64,000 bases of DNA from Actinomycetota bacterium (GCA_009886115.1 VFJJ01000051.1:1-64000), one strand, 5' to 3'. Shown: positions 50,255-59,876, counted from the first letter of the stretch. Program-made: numbers and translations. Notes: generated by a model from the letters alone, not told the origin.

Positions 50255-51337
50255 TCAGCCGGCATCGGCCGCGGGGGCGGCATCGGCCGCGGGGGCGTCG
50301 TCGGTCACCGCCGGCTCGGCCGCGGGGGCCTCGGCGGCCGGAGCCTCGGGCTCGGTAACCGGCGACGACGCCTCCTCGGTGGCGACGGCCGCAGCGACCG
50401 GGGCCTCCTCGGCTGCTTCGGCTGCTTCGGCCGGAGCGTTCTTGGCGGCCTCCTTGGCCTCCTTGGCAGCCTCCTGGGCGGCGAGCAGACGCTCCTCGCG
50501 GGCCCGCTGTGCGGCAGCGGCCTCGGCCTTGGCCCGGGCCTGCTCGGCGGCCCGGCGACGGGCCTCCTCGGGGTCGAGTTGACGCGGCGCCGGGGCGGCT
50601 GCTGGGGTCTCGGCCGAGCTGGCGCTCGCGGCCGGACGGGGATCGCGGGCCGCAGCGATGCGCCGACCCTCGTCGACGGCGTCGGCGATGATGCGGCACA
50701 TCAACTCGGCCGAGCGGATCGCGTCGTCGTTGCCCGGGATCACGTACTCGATGAGGTCGGGATCGCAGTTGGTGTCGACGACCGCCACGATCGGCAGCCC
50801 GAGCTTGTTGGCTTCGGTGACCGCGATGTGCTCCTTCTTGGTGTCGACGATGAACACCGCGTTCGGAGCCCGGTCGAGGCCGACGATGCCTGCGAGGTAC
50901 CGCTGGAGCTTGATGAGCTCACGACGGTTGCGGAGCGCTTCCTTCTTGGGCATGGCCTCGAACTCGCCGCTGCGCTCTTGACGCTCGAGCTCGCGCATCT
51001 TGGCGACGCGCCCATGGATCGTGGTGAAGTTGGTGAGCATGCCGCCGAGCCAACGCTCGTTGATGTACGGCATGCCGCAGCGGGTGGCGTGCTTGCGGAC
51101 GGGCTCCTGCGCCTGCTTCTTGGTGGCGATGAACAGGATCGTGCCGCCTCGCGCCGTGAGATCGCGAACGAACTGGTAGGCCTCGTCGATCCGCACCAGC
51201 GACTGCTGCAGGTCGATGATGTAGATCCCGTTGCGCTCGCCGAAGATGAACCGCTTCATCTTCGGGTTCCAACGGCGGGTCTGGTGGCCGAAATGGACGC
51301 CGGCCTCGAGCAACTGTCGCATGGTGACGACGGGCAT
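50255..51337 (-). CDS. rpsB: 30S ribosomal protein S2 (Ala/Glu-rich C-terminal tail)
   Basis: [35 protein letters not shown] and PGNDDAIRS motifs. Confidence 0.98.
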   Translation of the reverse strand: MPVVTMRQLLEAGVHFGHQTRRWNPKMKRFIFGERNGIYIIDLQQSLVRIDEAYQFVRDLTARGGTILFIATKKQAQEPVRKHATRCGMPYINERWLGGMLTNFTTIHGRVAKMRELERQERSGEFEAMPKKEALRNRRELIKLQRYLAGIVGLDRAPNAVFIVDTKKEHIAVTEANKLGLPIVAVVDTNCDPDLIEYVIPGNDDAIRSAELMCRIIADAVDEGRRIAAARDPRPAASASSAETPAAAPAPRQLDPEEARRRAAEQARAKAEAAAAQRAREERLLAAQEAAKEAKEAAKNAPAEAAEAAEEAPVAAAVATEEASSPVTEPEAPAAEAPAAEPAVTDDAPAADAAPAADAG

Positions 51338-51568
51338 GGTTGACGCTCCCTGGGTTGATCATCCGCCCGTTGTGCGTGTCGGCTCCGGTGAGCGAAGTGT
51401 CGCTCGAGCCTTCACGACCGAGGGTGCACGGGCGTGCGAGATGGCATGACGTAGGTGGGGCGGGACGGTGCCGGGGGTCTGGCACCTGTGCCGACCGTGG
51501 GTGCGGTGTGGCTCGCGCGGTGCGTGCTGTGGCTTGTGTGCACCTGGTTCGGCCGGCTCGACAGTGTA
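51338..51568 (-). promoter_or_regulatory. rpsB promoter (-10 TACACT) and ~220-nt 5' leader, probable S2 autoregulatory element
   Basis: TACACT at 51563-51568 on the minus strand, followed by a long leader with no convincing CDS. S2 leaders are a known feature, but I did not verify the structure here. Confidence 0.5.
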
Positions 51569-51583
51569 CCCGGCGCCGCGACG

Positions 51584-52129
51584 TCATCCGAGTTCGGTAT
51601 CGAGCCTGACCACGTCGGCGGGGACGATCCGGCGCAACAGCAGGCGCGGGTCACGGTAGGCGCCGTCGACCCGGAGGCCGAAGTGCACCACGGCGCCTTC
51701 GTGGCCCGAGCCCATCGCCCCCGAGGCCCCGACGGTCTGGCCTCGCCGGACCCGCTCGCCTCGGGCCACCGAAACCTCGGCCAGGTACGAGTAGGTCGTG
51801 ACGACACCATCGCCGTGATCGACGGTGACGTACTCCGCTTCGCCGATCCGGCCGGCGAAGATCACCACGCCAGCACCGGCTACCTGCACTGGCGTCGACG
51901 GCTCGGCCGCGAAGTCGAGACCCCGGTGTCCGGGTCCGTACCGGTGCGAGGGCTCGCGGAACTCGGCCACGATCGCCCCCTCGACGGGGGCGCTCCAACG
52001 CAGCGGCGTGGGCCGGGCCACCTGCGCCGACGCTTCGTCTTGAACGAGTGCCGTCACGGACGACGCCGTGACCACCATCGCCAGCCCCAACCTCGACACG
52101 ATCGACGCCACCATCGACGACACCCGCAT
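51584..52129 (-). CDS. M23 family metallopeptidase (secreted)
   Basis: Signal peptide, YGPGHRGLDF, GVVIFAG and VHFGLRVDGAYRDP motifs. Confidence 0.88.
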   Translation of the reverse strand: MRVSSMVASIVSRLGLAMVVTASSVTALVQDEASAQVARPTPLRWSAPVEGAIVAEFREPSHRYGPGHRGLDFAAEPSTPVQVAGAGVVIFAGRIGEAEYVTVDHGDGVVTTYSYLAEVSVARGERVRRGQTVGASGAMGSGHEGAVVHFGLRVDGAYRDPRLLLRRIVPADVVRLDTELG

Positions 52130-52240
52130 GTCTGCCTCCCCGTTCCGGACGGTTCGATCGGACGCGCTGGCGCTCCGACGAATCGAGACGGGGGAGGTGA
52201 GGCGGGGAAGGCGAGGAGCAGGCTACCGCTCCTGCGACGC

Positions 52241-53011
<771 letters not shown>

Positions 53012-53045
53012 CAGGCGTCCGCGATTCCAGGAGTCGGGCGGGGGG

Positions 53046-54020
53046 TCAGGCCCGGGGATGGGTGTCGTCGTACACCGCACGCACCCGGTCGATCGTCAGG
53101 TGGGTGTAGATCTGCGTGGTGCCCACGTCGGCGTGTCCGAGCAGTTCTTGCACACTTCTGAGGTCTGCGCCCCCTTCGAGCAGATGCGTAGCGTATGCGT
53201 GCCGCAGAGCGTGCGGGTGCAACCGCCGACCGTCGTCGACTCGGCAGCGTTCGACGATCCGTCGCGCGTCACGGGGCGTGAGGCGATGACCCCGCAGATT
53301 CACGAAGAGTGCCTCCGGCGGGGTCGCGGGGTTCGCCAACGCCGACCGCGCACGCTCGCGATAGTCGGCGACGGCGCCGATCACGGTCGGGGGAACCGGA
53401 ATCCGCCTGACCTTGGCCCGCTTGCCGAGGACGGTGATGGTGCACGCCGTCCTGTCGACGTCGTCGAGATCCATCCCACACAGCTCGGACACCCGGACCC
53501 CGGCGCCGTAGAGCACCTCGACGACGGCCCGGTCGCGCAATGCTCGGGCTCCGTCGACCGAGCGCGCCTCGAGGTCGTCGAGCAGGGCGACGGTGTCGGC
53601 GGCCCGAGGGACACGCGGGAGTCGGGACGGCCCGGCCGGGGTCCGGAGCGTGAGCGTGGGGTCGGTGGCCGTGATACCGCGCCGCACGGCCCACCGGAAG
53701 TACGAACGCAGCGCCGATCCCGAGCGGGCGACGGTCGAACGCGCCAGCCCACGTGTCGAGAGGAAGGCCACGTACCGCCGAACGAGCCGATGGTCGACCT
53801 CGCCCGGGCCGGTGACACCAGCGCGTCCGGCCCAGGTGACGAAGGCACCCACGTCGTGGTGGTAGGCCGCGCCCGTCGACGGCGCCCGGCCGGCCAGCGC
53901 CGACCACCAGGCGGCCAGCTCCCACGGCGATCCGTCACTCGACGCGATCGGCGGCTCCCCGACGGTGGCGGGTGCGCCTGAGACAGCGTGAGCGGTCGGA
54001 GACCGTTCGACCACCAGCAC
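53046..54020 (-). CDS. xerC: Tyrosine recombinase XerC family
   Basis: YGAGVRVSEL (R), GKRAK (K), HALRH, LLGHAD and TTQIYT (Y); core synteny upstream of whiG/rpsB. Start is uncertain. Confidence 0.87.
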   Translation of the reverse strand: MLVVERSPTAHAVSGAPATVGEPPIASSDGSPWELAAWWSALAGRAPSTGAAYHHDVGAFVTWAGRAGVTGPGEVDHRLVRRYVAFLSTRGLARSTVARSGSALRSYFRWAVRRGITATDPTLTLRTPAGPSRLPRVPRAADTVALLDDLEARSVDGARALRDRAVVEVLYGAGVRVSELCGMDLDDVDRTACTITVLGKRAKVRRIPVPPTVIGAVADYRERARSALANPATPPEALFVNLRGHRLTPRDARRIVERCRVDDGRRLHPHALRHAYATHLLEGGADLRSVQELLGHADVGTTQIYTHLTIDRVRAVYDDTHPRA

Positions 54021-54090
54021 ACCTCAGCTCGTCGGACGTTGCCCCTGCATCGTACGCCACCCGTGGGGACCCCCCGGACGAGCGCCCGCG

Positions 54091-54180
54091 CTGGGCGACG
54101 TTGGTCGGAGTTGGTCGGAGTTGGTTGGCGTTGAGAGGCGCTGAGAGGCGCTGGGCGGTGTTGGACGGTGTTGGACGGCG
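54091..54180. repeat. Nine degenerate 10-bp tandem repeats (consensus ~YTGGNCGGNG)
   Basis: ctgggcgacg ttggtcggag ttggtcggag ttggttggcg ttgagaggcg ctgagaggcg ctgggcggtg ttggacggtg ttggacggcg. Confidence 0.85.
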
Positions 54181-54214
54181 TTTCGGGCGTCCCACCTGTG
54201 CGCCCGGTGTGCTC

Positions 54215-54832
54215 TCATGCGATCCGTTCGTGAGCCCGGCGGTGGAGGCGGTAGGCCGCGACACGCCAGGTGCCCCCGTCGCGCTTGAGGTAGAGCTCGT
54301 TGCGCAGCTCGCCCGGGGTGCCATCGCTGGCGTCGGCACCGTCGGTGCCCTCGCTGGTGGCGCGGTTGTCGCTGGGGCCGCGGTTGTCCGCTCTGTTGCG
54401 GTCGCGGCCGACTCGGGTGGCCCGGTCGGCCAGCACGAGTCGGGTCCGCACGACCGCCTGCAGCCGTCCGGCGTCCATCGACTCCACCACCACCTGCTCG
54501 ACGAGCCCGACGTACTCGGCCTGGCGATCTCCGTAGGCCGAGACCTTGTCGGCGACGAAGTCGAGCTGGCCCCGGCCGTCACGCAGCGACGGGGCCGAGA
54601 GCTCCCAGAGCATCGGGAAGTCGAGCCGGTCCCAGGCCCACTCGTACGCCAGAGCGGTCTCCTCGGGCGACGGCCCGCGCTGCAGGAACACCGCGACGAT
54701 CATCCAGATGCCCACACCGACGATGAGGACGCCCACGAGCACGATCGGCACGATCGTCGGGCTGCCCCCGTCGGGCTTCACGTCGGCGCCGACGATCGCA
54801 CCGGTCACGGTGGTGAGGCCGCGGACGATCAC
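54215..54832 (-). CDS. Membrane-anchored hypothetical protein (possible NTF2-like fold)
   Basis: One TM segment, then PSPEETALAYEWAWDRLDF...ELYLKRDGGTWRVAAY; GTGA coupling to the upstream LLM gene. Confidence 0.75.
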   Translation of the reverse strand: MIVRGLTTVTGAIVGADVKPDGGSPTIVPIVLVGVLIVGVGIWMIVAVFLQRGPSPEETALAYEWAWDRLDFPMLWELSAPSLRDGRGQLDFVADKVSAYGDRQAEYVGLVEQVVVESMDAGRLQAVVRTRLVLADRATRVGRDRNRADNRGPSDNRATSEGTDGADASDGTPGELRNELYLKRDGGTWRVAAYRLHRRAHERIA

Positions 54833-55821
54833 TTCCCGGCTCCCGACGCCGCGAGCGCGTTCGCGGCCGGCGCCGAGCCGTGTCGGGACCGGGACGGGGA
54901 TTGCAGGTCGAGGACTGCGGCCGCGGCCTCCTCGAGCTCGACGGTCCAGTCGGCGGGCTCGTCGAAGGGCACGAGCACGAACTTCGAGAACCCCACGTCG
55001 ATGAAGCGGCCGAGGAACCGCCGCACCTCCGCGAAGCCGATGGGGATCACCTCTGCCGGATCGATGCCGTAGCGCTGCACGAGCCCGCTCACGAGCGGGT
55101 TGTCGACGGCCTCGTGGGCGTAGCCGAGGAGCAGTCCGTAGTGCTCGGGATCGATGCGACGCCCGGAGCGCTCGGCCTCAGCCTCGACGCTGAGGCGCCC
55201 GTCCTCACAGAGCTGCGGCGTGGCGAACGACGGCAGCCAACCGTCGCCCAGGCGCCCCACCCGCCGCAGCTCGGACGGAGCCCGTCCCCCGAGCCACACG
55301 TCGGGCGGCTGTTGGACGGGCTTGGGGCCGATGGTCACGTCGTCGAGGTGGAAGTGCTGCCCGTGGTGGGTGACGCCGTCCTCGGTCCACAAGCGGCGCA
55401 TGAGCGGCAGGGCCTCGTCGAACCAGCTGGCCCGATCGCTCCGGTCGATGCCGAACACCTGCTGCTCTGTGGTGTCGACCACGCCGAGCCCGAAGGCCGG
55501 TAGCGTGCGTCCGCCCGAGAGCCGGTCGAGCGTGGCCCATTCCTTGGCGAGGAGCACGGGGTTGCGGCCCGAGAGCACCTGCACGCTCGTGCCCAGCTTG
55601 AGCCGCGACGACCGTCCGGCTGCGATCGCCAGGCCGACGATGGGGTCGATGCGGTCCGAGGTGATGCGCTCGGGCAGCCACAGCGAGTCGAACCCCAACC
55701 GGTCGAGCTCGTCGACCATGAGCCCGAACTGCGCGGCGTCGTCGCCCGGGCCCCGGCCCCCACCAGCACCTGCATCGCGGCTTCGCGAGAGGCCCAGGCC
55801 GAATCCGATGCGCACCTTCAT
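54829..55821 (-). CDS. Luciferase-like (LLM) oxidoreductase, probably F420-dependent
   Basis: MKVRIGFGLG start, GFDSLWLPER, RNPVLLAKEWATLDRLSGGR, VWLGG and GDGWLP motifs; GGAGGAG RBS. Confidence 0.88.
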   Translation of the reverse strand: MKVRIGFGLGLSRSRDAGAGGGRGPGDDAAQFGLMVDELDRLGFDSLWLPERITSDRIDPIVGLAIAAGRSSRLKLGTSVQVLSGRNPVLLAKEWATLDRLSGGRTLPAFGLGVVDTTEQQVFGIDRSDRASWFDEALPLMRRLWTEDGVTHHGQHFHLDDVTIGPKPVQQPPDVWLGGRAPSELRRVGRLGDGWLPSFATPQLCEDGRLSVEAEAERSGRRIDPEHYGLLLGYAHEAVDNPLVSGLVQRYGIDPAEVIPIGFAEVRRFLGRFIDVGFSKFVLVPFDEPADWTVELEEAAAAVLDLQSPSRSRHGSAPAANALAASGAGK

Positions 55822-55836
55822 GACCGGTCTCCTCCA

Positions 55837-55858
55837 GATGTCAACCCGATGTCAACCC
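55837..55858. repeat. Perfect 11-bp direct repeat upstream of the LLM gene
   Basis: GATGTCAACCC repeated twice. Confidence 0.8.
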
Positions 55859-55975
55859 GCGGTCGAGCGTACGACCGCGTGCGCCACCCGCCACACTCGG
55901 CGCCCCCTCGAAGCGTTTCGCAGTTCCCGCGAACCGTTCGCCGAGATCGCGACGCGCCGAGCGCGCAGGCACGGC

Positions 55976-55997
55976 TGTCGTACCCCCCAGGTACGGT
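55976..55997 (+). promoter_or_regulatory. PafBC-type (RecA-NDp) promoter of comM-dprA
   Basis: TGTCGT-ACCCCCCAGG(10 nt)-TACGGT. Confidence 0.65.
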
Positions 55998-56119
55998 GAC
56001 ACCACCGAACGAGTGGCCACGGCTGCACCCCGTCGAGGGTGCGAGACAGGCCCTCCTCGCCGGCGCCCGCCCGGGCGTCGGCTGGTTGCGCCGAGCGCGC
56101 ACACGGGGAGGGGAACGCC

Positions 56120-57640
56120 ATGCTCGCGTCGGTCGTGAGTGCGTTGTTGTGCGGGATCGACGGTCAGCTGGTCACCGTCGAAGTTCACGTCTCGGGAGGG
56201 ATCCCGAGCTACACGGTGGTCGGGCTCCCCGACACCGCAGTGCGGGAGTCGAGGGAACGCATCCGCGCCGCATTGTTGTCGTCGCAGCTGCCGTGGCCGA
56301 TGAAGCGGGTCACGGTCAACCTGGCGCCCAGCGGGATCAAGAAGAGCGGCGCCGGTCTCGACCTGCCCACGGCGGTGGGGCTGCTCCTGGCGATCGACGA
56401 GCTCCCGGCCGGGTGCCTCGACGGCGTGGGTGTCGTCGGCGAGGTCGGCCTCGACGGCACGATCCGGGGGGTGCCCGGGGTTCTCGCCATCGTCGAGGCG
56501 CTGCGCGACTCCGGTCTCGACATCGTCGTGGTGCCGGTCGCCAATGCCGCCGAGGCCGAGCTCGTGGCTGGCATCACCGTGCGCCCGGCGCGAACGCTGG
56601 GCGAGCTGCGCGGCTGCCTCAAGGGAGAAGATGCCTGGCCGTCGATCCCCGATCCCGGCCCCAGCTCGGGCTGGAGCGGTGGGATCGGCGACCTCGACGC
56701 CGACGGCGACGGCGCCGATCTGGCCGACGTGCGTGGGCTGCCGATGGCCCGTCGGGCGCTCGAGATCGCTGCCGCCGGAGGCCATCACCTCCTCATGGCC
56801 GGCCCACCCGGGATCGGCAAGACCATGCTGGCACGACGACTCCACACGATCCTGCCGCCCCTCGAGCCGCAGGAGGCCCTCGAGGTCACCCGCATCCATT
56901 CGGCGGCCGGTCGACGCATCGGTGGCGGTCTGGCGCGGCGACGCCCCTTCGAGGCCCCTCACCACTCAGCGACGGCGCCGGCGCTCATAGGCGGCGGCAG
57001 CGGCCGGCTCCGACCGGGAGCGGTCACGCTCGCGCACCGGGGTGTGTTGTTCCTCGACGAGCTCGGCGAGTTCCCGCCAATCGCCCTCGAAGCGCTGCGC
57101 GAGCCCCTCGAGCAGGGCGAGGTGAGCATCTTCCGCTCGGCCGCGTCGATGGTGTTCCCGGCGGCGTTCACGCTGATCGCCTGTACCAACCCCTGCCCGT
57201 GCGGACGAGGCGCCATCTCGTGCCGGTGCAGCGACCAGGCCCGGGCCCGATACGCCCGGCGCCTGTCGCAGCCGCTGCTCGATCGCTTCGACCTCCGGCT
57301 GGCGCTCACCCCACCGGCATCCGGCGATCCGCCCGGCGAGTCGTCGCGGGTTGTACGCGAGCGCGTGATGGAGGCCGTCGCGCGGCAGCAGGCCCGCTAC
57401 CTCAACCGACCGTGGCAACGCAACGCCCAGATTCCCAGCGGGATCGTGGTGCGCGAGCTCCCGGTCTCGCCCCAGTGCGCCGACGCCCTCCGGCTGATCG
57501 GCAGCCAGGGCCGCGTGAGCGCTCGGGGCCTCATGGCCATCCGCCGCGTCGCCCAAACCCTGGCCGACCTCGACGGCCGGGCGACGCCGTCGGTCGACGA
57601 TCTCCTGCTGGCGGCCGAGCTCAGGGTCGACGTCATATGA
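56120..57640 (+). CDS. comM: ComM/YifB family Mg-chelatase-like AAA+ ATPase
   Basis: VGLPDTAVRESRERI, VNLAP, GPPGIGKTMLA, PHHSAT, LAHRGVLFLDE, NPCPCG and PLLDRFDL motifs. Confidence 0.94.
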   Translation: MLASVVSALLCGIDGQLVTVEVHVSGGIPSYTVVGLPDTAVRESRERIRAALLSSQLPWPMKRVTVNLAPSGIKKSGAGLDLPTAVGLLLAIDELPAGCLDGVGVVGEVGLDGTIRGVPGVLAIVEALRDSGLDIVVVPVANAAEAELVAGITVRPARTLGELRGCLKGEDAWPSIPDPGPSSGWSGGIGDLDADGDGADLADVRGLPMARRALEIAAAGGHHLLMAGPPGIGKTMLARRLHTILPPLEPQEALEVTRIHSAAGRRIGGGLARRRPFEAPHHSATAPALIGGGSGRLRPGAVTLAHRGVLFLDELGEFPPIALEALREPLEQGEVSIFRSAASMVFPAAFTLIACTNPCPCGRGAISCRCSDQARARYARRLSQPLLDRFDLRLALTPPASGDPPGESSRVVRERVMEAVARQQARYLNRPWQRNAQIPSGIVVRELPVSPQCADALRLIGSQGRVSARGLMAIRRVAQTLADLDGRATPSVDDLLLAAELRVDVI

Positions 57641-58848
57641 CCGCCGAAGCCGCCCCCGCTTTCCCCGCCGCTGCTTCGGGGGTCCATCGCAGCATGCAGC
57701 CCGAGGCTGGCGTAGCGGGCGTCGAGCCGTCGCCCCACGTCGCCGTAGCGGCGCTCCTGGCTCTGCGGGGCATGGGCCGGACCCAGCTCCGGGCCATCCT
57801 CGACCGGTGGCCCGCTCCCGCTGACGCCCTGCGGGCCGTCCGCCGAGGCGATGCTGCCCGGTTCCTGGCGGCGCGCTCCACGCACCCGGTGGCTCACGTC
57901 GAGACCTGGCCCGAGCGGCTCGACCCCGCTGGTGTCGCCCGACGCCTGGCCGATCGCGGCACACGGGTCGTGCTGCGCAACGATCCCGAGTTCCCGTTCG
58001 AACCTGAGCTCGACGAGTGTCCCGCTGTGCTGCTCGCCGAGGGCGACCGACCCGATGCTCTCGAGCGGCCCCGGGTGGCCATCGTCGGGACGCGTGCGGC
58101 AACGCCGCACGGGCTCGCCGATGCCCGCGATCTGGCGATGTCCTTGGCCGCCTTGGGGATCACCATCGTGAGCGGGCTGGCGATCGGGATCGATGCCGCG
58201 GCCCACGAGGGCGCGCTGGCCGCGCCCGGGGGCACCACCATCGGCGTCGTAGCGACCGGGCTCGACGTGGTGTACCCGCGACGCCACGCTGCGCTCACAG
58301 CGGCGGTCCGCCAGCGCGGGCTCGTCATCAGCGAGCACTGGTTCGGCACCGCACCCGAACGGCATCGCTTCCCGGTCCGCAACCGGATCATCGCGGCGCT
58401 CGCCGATGTCGTCGTCATCGTCGAGGCCACCGCCAAGGGCGGGGCGCTCAACACCGCCGACTGGGCGAGCAAGTACCACCGCGACGTGCTCGTCCCGCCG
58501 GGCTCTCGTCGCAACCCCGCGGCCGAGGGCACGAACCGGCTGCTGCGAGAGTTCGCCACGCCTTTGCTCGAACCGGGCGACGTCTTGCAGGCCCTGTCGT
58601 TCAGCGCCGGCTACGGCCGTGGCGGAGCGACCGTCTGGAAAGGAGCCCCGTCGTGGCCGACAGCCCGGGCAATGCGCCCGAGCGAGCTCGCAATCGAGAT
58701 CCTCTCGGCCTTCGCCGGCGATCCCGCAACCATCGACCAGCTCGCCTCGCGCACCGGGCGCGAGCTGTCGGAGGTGACCCGAGCGGCCACCGAGCTCGAA
58801 GGGTTGGGCGCCGTCACTCGGCGGCGAGGCTTCCTGTGGCCGAGCTGA
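57637..58848 (+). CDS. dprA: DNA-processing protein DprA
   Basis: VAIVGTR, IVSGLAIGIDAAAHEGAL, FPVRNRIIAAL and VEATAKGGALNTA motifs, C-terminal winged helix; ATGA overlap with comM. Confidence 0.94.
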   Translation: MTAEAAPAFPAAASGVHRSMQPEAGVAGVEPSPHVAVAALLALRGMGRTQLRAILDRWPAPADALRAVRRGDAARFLAARSTHPVAHVETWPERLDPAGVARRLADRGTRVVLRNDPEFPFEPELDECPAVLLAEGDRPDALERPRVAIVGTRAATPHGLADARDLAMSLAALGITIVSGLAIGIDAAAHEGALAAPGGTTIGVVATGLDVVYPRRHAALTAAVRQRGLVISEHWFGTAPERHRFPVRNRIIAALADVVVIVEATAKGGALNTADWASKYHRDVLVPPGSRRNPAAEGTNRLLREFATPLLEPGDVLQALSFSAGYGRGGATVWKGAPSWPTARAMRPSELAIEILSAFAGDPATIDQLASRTGRELSEVTRAATELEGLGAVTRRRGFLWPS

Positions 58849-58901
58849 ACCGCTGTGCGGTCATGGCAGCGACGAGCGGGCAGCCCGAGCGAGTCGAGGC
58901 C

Positions 58902-59213
58902 TCACCTCCGGCGGCGACGGAACGCCGACTCTCGATCCGTGCGCTCTCTGTCCCAGCATCGGGCGTGCCAATGCCGCCGGGCCGACGGATCTTCCTGGGG
59001 GACGACCACGACGTGGGCGAGACCGGCGACGATCTCATGGTCGCAGCCCGGGCACCGGTACACCTTCGTGGCCTGATGCCGTGCGATCGTCCTGATCTCG
59101 ATCGCACCCTCAGGATGCTCACCGGAGTCGAGCACGAGCGGGAGCTTCCGGGGGGCAGCCACGGGCGGCTCGGCGCGGGCGGCCTCGTGGGCGCGGCGGC
59201 TGCGGCGGGGCAC
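58902..59213 (-). CDS. Small Cys/His (putative zinc-binding) protein of unknown function
   Basis: KVYRCPGCDHEI...HVVVVP...RRHWHARCW pattern, resembling a conserved actinobacterial small-protein family. Confidence 0.78.
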   Translation of the reverse strand: MPRRSRRAHEAARAEPPVAAPRKLPLVLDSGEHPEGAIEIRTIARHQATKVYRCPGCDHEIVAGLAHVVVVPQEDPSARRHWHARCWDRERTDRESAFRRRRR

Positions 59214-59223
59214 GGGACGCTCG

Positions 59224-59337
59224 CTACCTGGGTACCAGGGCCCACATCACCAGGAGTATGGCCACGACGATCGACGCGCCGAGGAAGACGACATCGGTAC
59301 GGCGCTTCACTCGGCGGCGATGCGGGTTGTAGCCCAT
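59224..59337 (-). CDS. Unannotated 37-aa single-pass membrane protein
   Basis: MGYNPHRRRVKRRTDVVFLGASIVVAILLVMWALVPR*; TAGCCT lies 6 nt before the ATG; too short for the ORF track. Confidence 0.75.
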   Translation of the reverse strand: MGYNPHRRRVKRRTDVVFLGASIVVAILLVMWALVPR

Positions 59338-59420
59338 GTCCCCAGGCTACCGAGACGCACCGGCGGGGACGGGACCCACCCGGGGCAGACGCCGCGACGT
59401 TCGCAAGGTAACAGCCGTGA

Positions 59421-59810
59421 TCAGAACGCGGCCTCGAAGACCTCGATCACGGGCTCGCCGTCGCGGGGCCACAGCACCGAGGCCACATCGAAGCGGACGT
59501 CCGACCATGACGCGGCCCGTTCCTCGAGCCAGGTCGCGGCCAACACCCGCAATCTATGCTGTTTGGCTCTCCCGACCGCCTCGACGGGGGCGCCAAAGGC
59601 CTCGCTGCGGCGGGTCTTGACCTCGCAGAACACCACGGTCCTGGCCTGTGAAAGCACGATGTCGAGTTCGCCGGCCCGCACCCGCCAGTTGCGTGCCAGC
59701 ACCTGGTAGCCGCGCTCCTCGTACCACCCGACCACCAGGCCCTCACCCGCAGCGCCCAGATCGATGCGCGAACGGTCGCCTGTCCCGGAACCATCGCCCC
59801 GACGCGTCAT
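59421..59810 (-). CDS. yraN: YraN family (UPF0102) nuclease
   Basis: LGAAGE, RNWR..GELDIV, FCEVKTR and RFDV motifs. Confidence 0.93.
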   Translation of the reverse strand: MTRRGDGSGTGDRSRIDLGAAGEGLVVGWYEERGYQVLARNWRVRAGELDIVLSQARTVVFCEVKTRRSEAFGAPVEAVGRAKQHRLRVLAATWLEERAASWSDVRFDVASVLWPRDGEPVIEVFEAAF

Positions 59811-59876
59811 CGCACGCTCCTCGCCGAAACGGAGGGCTCGACGCTCGACGCTCGGCGCTCGGCGCCGGCGGCGGGC

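Noticed and set aside
53046..54020. Tyrosine recombinase as a prophage or island integrase
   Set aside because: It is XerC-like in sequence and core synteny, and there are no att-like repeats, tRNA or phage genes nearby.
54091..54180. Repeat array as a CRISPR locus
   Set aside because: The units are contiguous 10-mers with no spacers, and there are no cas genes.
55929..55941. GCGAAC-C-GTTCGC palindrome as a LexA box upstream of comM
   Set aside because: The half-sites are separated by 1 nt rather than the required 4.
55849..58848. 999-aa ORF that looks like a giant DprA fusion
   Set aside because: The N-terminal ~600 aa are an Arg/Gly-rich shadow frame over comM. DprA begins at the ATG at 57637, overlapping the comM stop.
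59846..59873. Heptamer repeats GCTCGAC/GCTCGGC between DUF2469 and yraN
   Set aside because: A short GC-rich microsatellite with no evidence of function.
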